Shown in pieces: positions 62,316 to 64,000 of a stretch of 64,000 nucleotides of DNA. The DNA lies in contig KZ538370.1 of assembly GCA_000934665.2 (NCBI GenBank), positions 1 to 64,000 on the forward strand, written 5' to 3'. This stretch comes from Catajapyx aquilonaris (lineage: Eukaryota). Under the pieces are notes generated by a model. That model saw only the letters and a program-made list of their open reading frames with translations. It did not search any database and was not told where the DNA came from. The position numbers were made by a program, and so were the translations under genes. How positions within the stretch are numbered: position 1 is the first letter of the stretch; each line of letters opens with the position of its first letter.

Positions 62316-64000
62316 ATATCTAACTAACCTATTATTATTTTTCCCGGACATTTTTAACCGGAGTGTTGCGTGCCTGATGGAACAGTCTGGTTTGTTACTT
62401 TTGGGTACCGTCTGCCGCTGAATGTTAATGCAGGTGGGCCTAAATTGCATTAACATTTTACTGGGCGCTCACCCAGGATCGCTCTTACATTCAACACTCA
62501 TGGGAAGCATCAACATTTAAACCAGATGTTGTTGCCGCTGGACATGACCATGACTAGACTGTCACTGACCATTATAGGCCTCGACCAAACTGAAAATTAT
62601 TCATCATCAGTTTATTTAGGAGAACATATTGTTGATATTGTTGGGCTAATACATTCATTATTCGTCCTCAGAATGTACAGTAATGACGCTCTGTAAACAA
62701 ATGGTGCTGGCTCTTTAAACTGTTAAAACTAGAGGCCTCATCAAGCCCCGGCACTTTAGCACTTTTATGACGGAACATATAGAATTAAATTTCTGGCCAA
62801 GTTTTCATTACCCCTCGTTGCTCCAAGCTATTTCTTTTTGCTCGACTGGATGTGTCGGCGGCGACCGGGTTAAAATAGCCATCCGGAAAAAAATGCTAGT
62901 GGTTTTTTTTGTGTTCTGGTATCCCCCCCGTGAACCTATTGGTGACCAAATAGGCAAGCAAATGGCTGCCGAGTGAACGCTTCGTTGATTTGAACGATTC
63001 GATTTTCCAACACACGCAGCGTTCTGATAACTTCCATGAAATTTAATTGTGCGCTATTCGCGATAAAAGCGGGGAAATTCGCGACTAGACGCCGAGGCTT
63101 TCACTTAATGTAATCTGGGAGGCGATTGTTGCGAATGTCACACATGCGACCGCAAATTTTTTTACTTGTGTTCCTTGATGAGATTTTGGAAAATCTGACG
63201 CAAAAGCGGTCTCTCATCATACAATTCATGTGAATATGCTTTAGGTGTAGGTGTAAAAAGTGCTAAACCAGCTTAAAAATTAATGTACATTAATATTTAC
63301 AAAATGTTTACAAAAAAACTGTTTTTCCCTGAATATGTGAATAGTGATTCGAATAGTATGTTGCGTATAGTATAGTTGTGCAATACCGTGGGGAGGGAAA
63401 AAATTGCAGAATTTTGAAACTGGTCGAAAATGATGCCTTTTTATGCCTCATTTTCGGCCATTTTCAAAATTCTGCGATTTTTTCCCTTCCCCACGGTTTG
63501 TGTAAAATGGGCATTTGTTTTGCTCAGATTCTCCATAGTTTGTCCTCTTCTATGAACTCATTGTACTAGAGTGCCCTGTATAGATTTATTTTAGCCAGAT
63601 TGCTATTAACGTCCACCATTAATAATGCCGTTTTAAAGCAGACACTCTGTATATTTTCGGCGTAGCAGGTGCTACACATGCAGTGAATCAAAAACATAAC
63701 ATACTGCCTGCATAAAATACACTCGATGAGCCTTCATGTGCATTTTGGCCACACAAAGAGTGTGGTTGTCCATGTTGTTTCAAATATTTACTCACACTCG
63801 TTTATACGATTAACACACCCAGAAGTATGGTCATTGCAATACAAATATTTCACTCACTGCAATTCAGAATGAATTGGGGTCACTGCGATTAATTACATGA
63901 CGCTATCCACAGATGTCGCCACCTTTGCCAGAAAAAAAAAACTCTTCCTTTCTATTTTCTTCAAGTTTTGTCGACTGTATAAACGGCTGAGTCGTGATTT

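Overview
Eukaryotic, AT-rich, intron-containing DNA, most likely from an arthropod (inferred from the KaiR1D-like protein, ~55-70 bp introns and SINE/Helitron types; species not determined). The window is dominated by a head-to-tail, minus-strand cluster of five full-length kainate-class ionotropic glutamate receptor genes. One is a large, conserved KaiR1D-like gene (E, 30915 to at least 49850; its signal-peptide exon was not found). Four compact, divergent, apparently intact 16-exon paralogs follow it (D 24397-28828, C 18419-23418, B 10008-16962, A 4411-9211), then the first coding exon of an SLC16/monocarboxylate-transporter-like gene (2653-3202). Gene E carries two tandem, same-phase versions of the pore-loop (M2) exon: GSLTQG at 34165-34299 and GSLMQQG at 33209-33346. 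These look mutually exclusive and would swap the selectivity filter; all four paralogs kept only the MQQG type. Introns hold many small non-autonomous mobile elements (Kolobok/TTAA, hAT, Tc1-type MITEs, a Helitron, a tRNA-derived SINE) and a 74-bp element flanked by unusually long ~30-bp direct duplications. All exon boundaries were read by eye and are unverified by transcripts.
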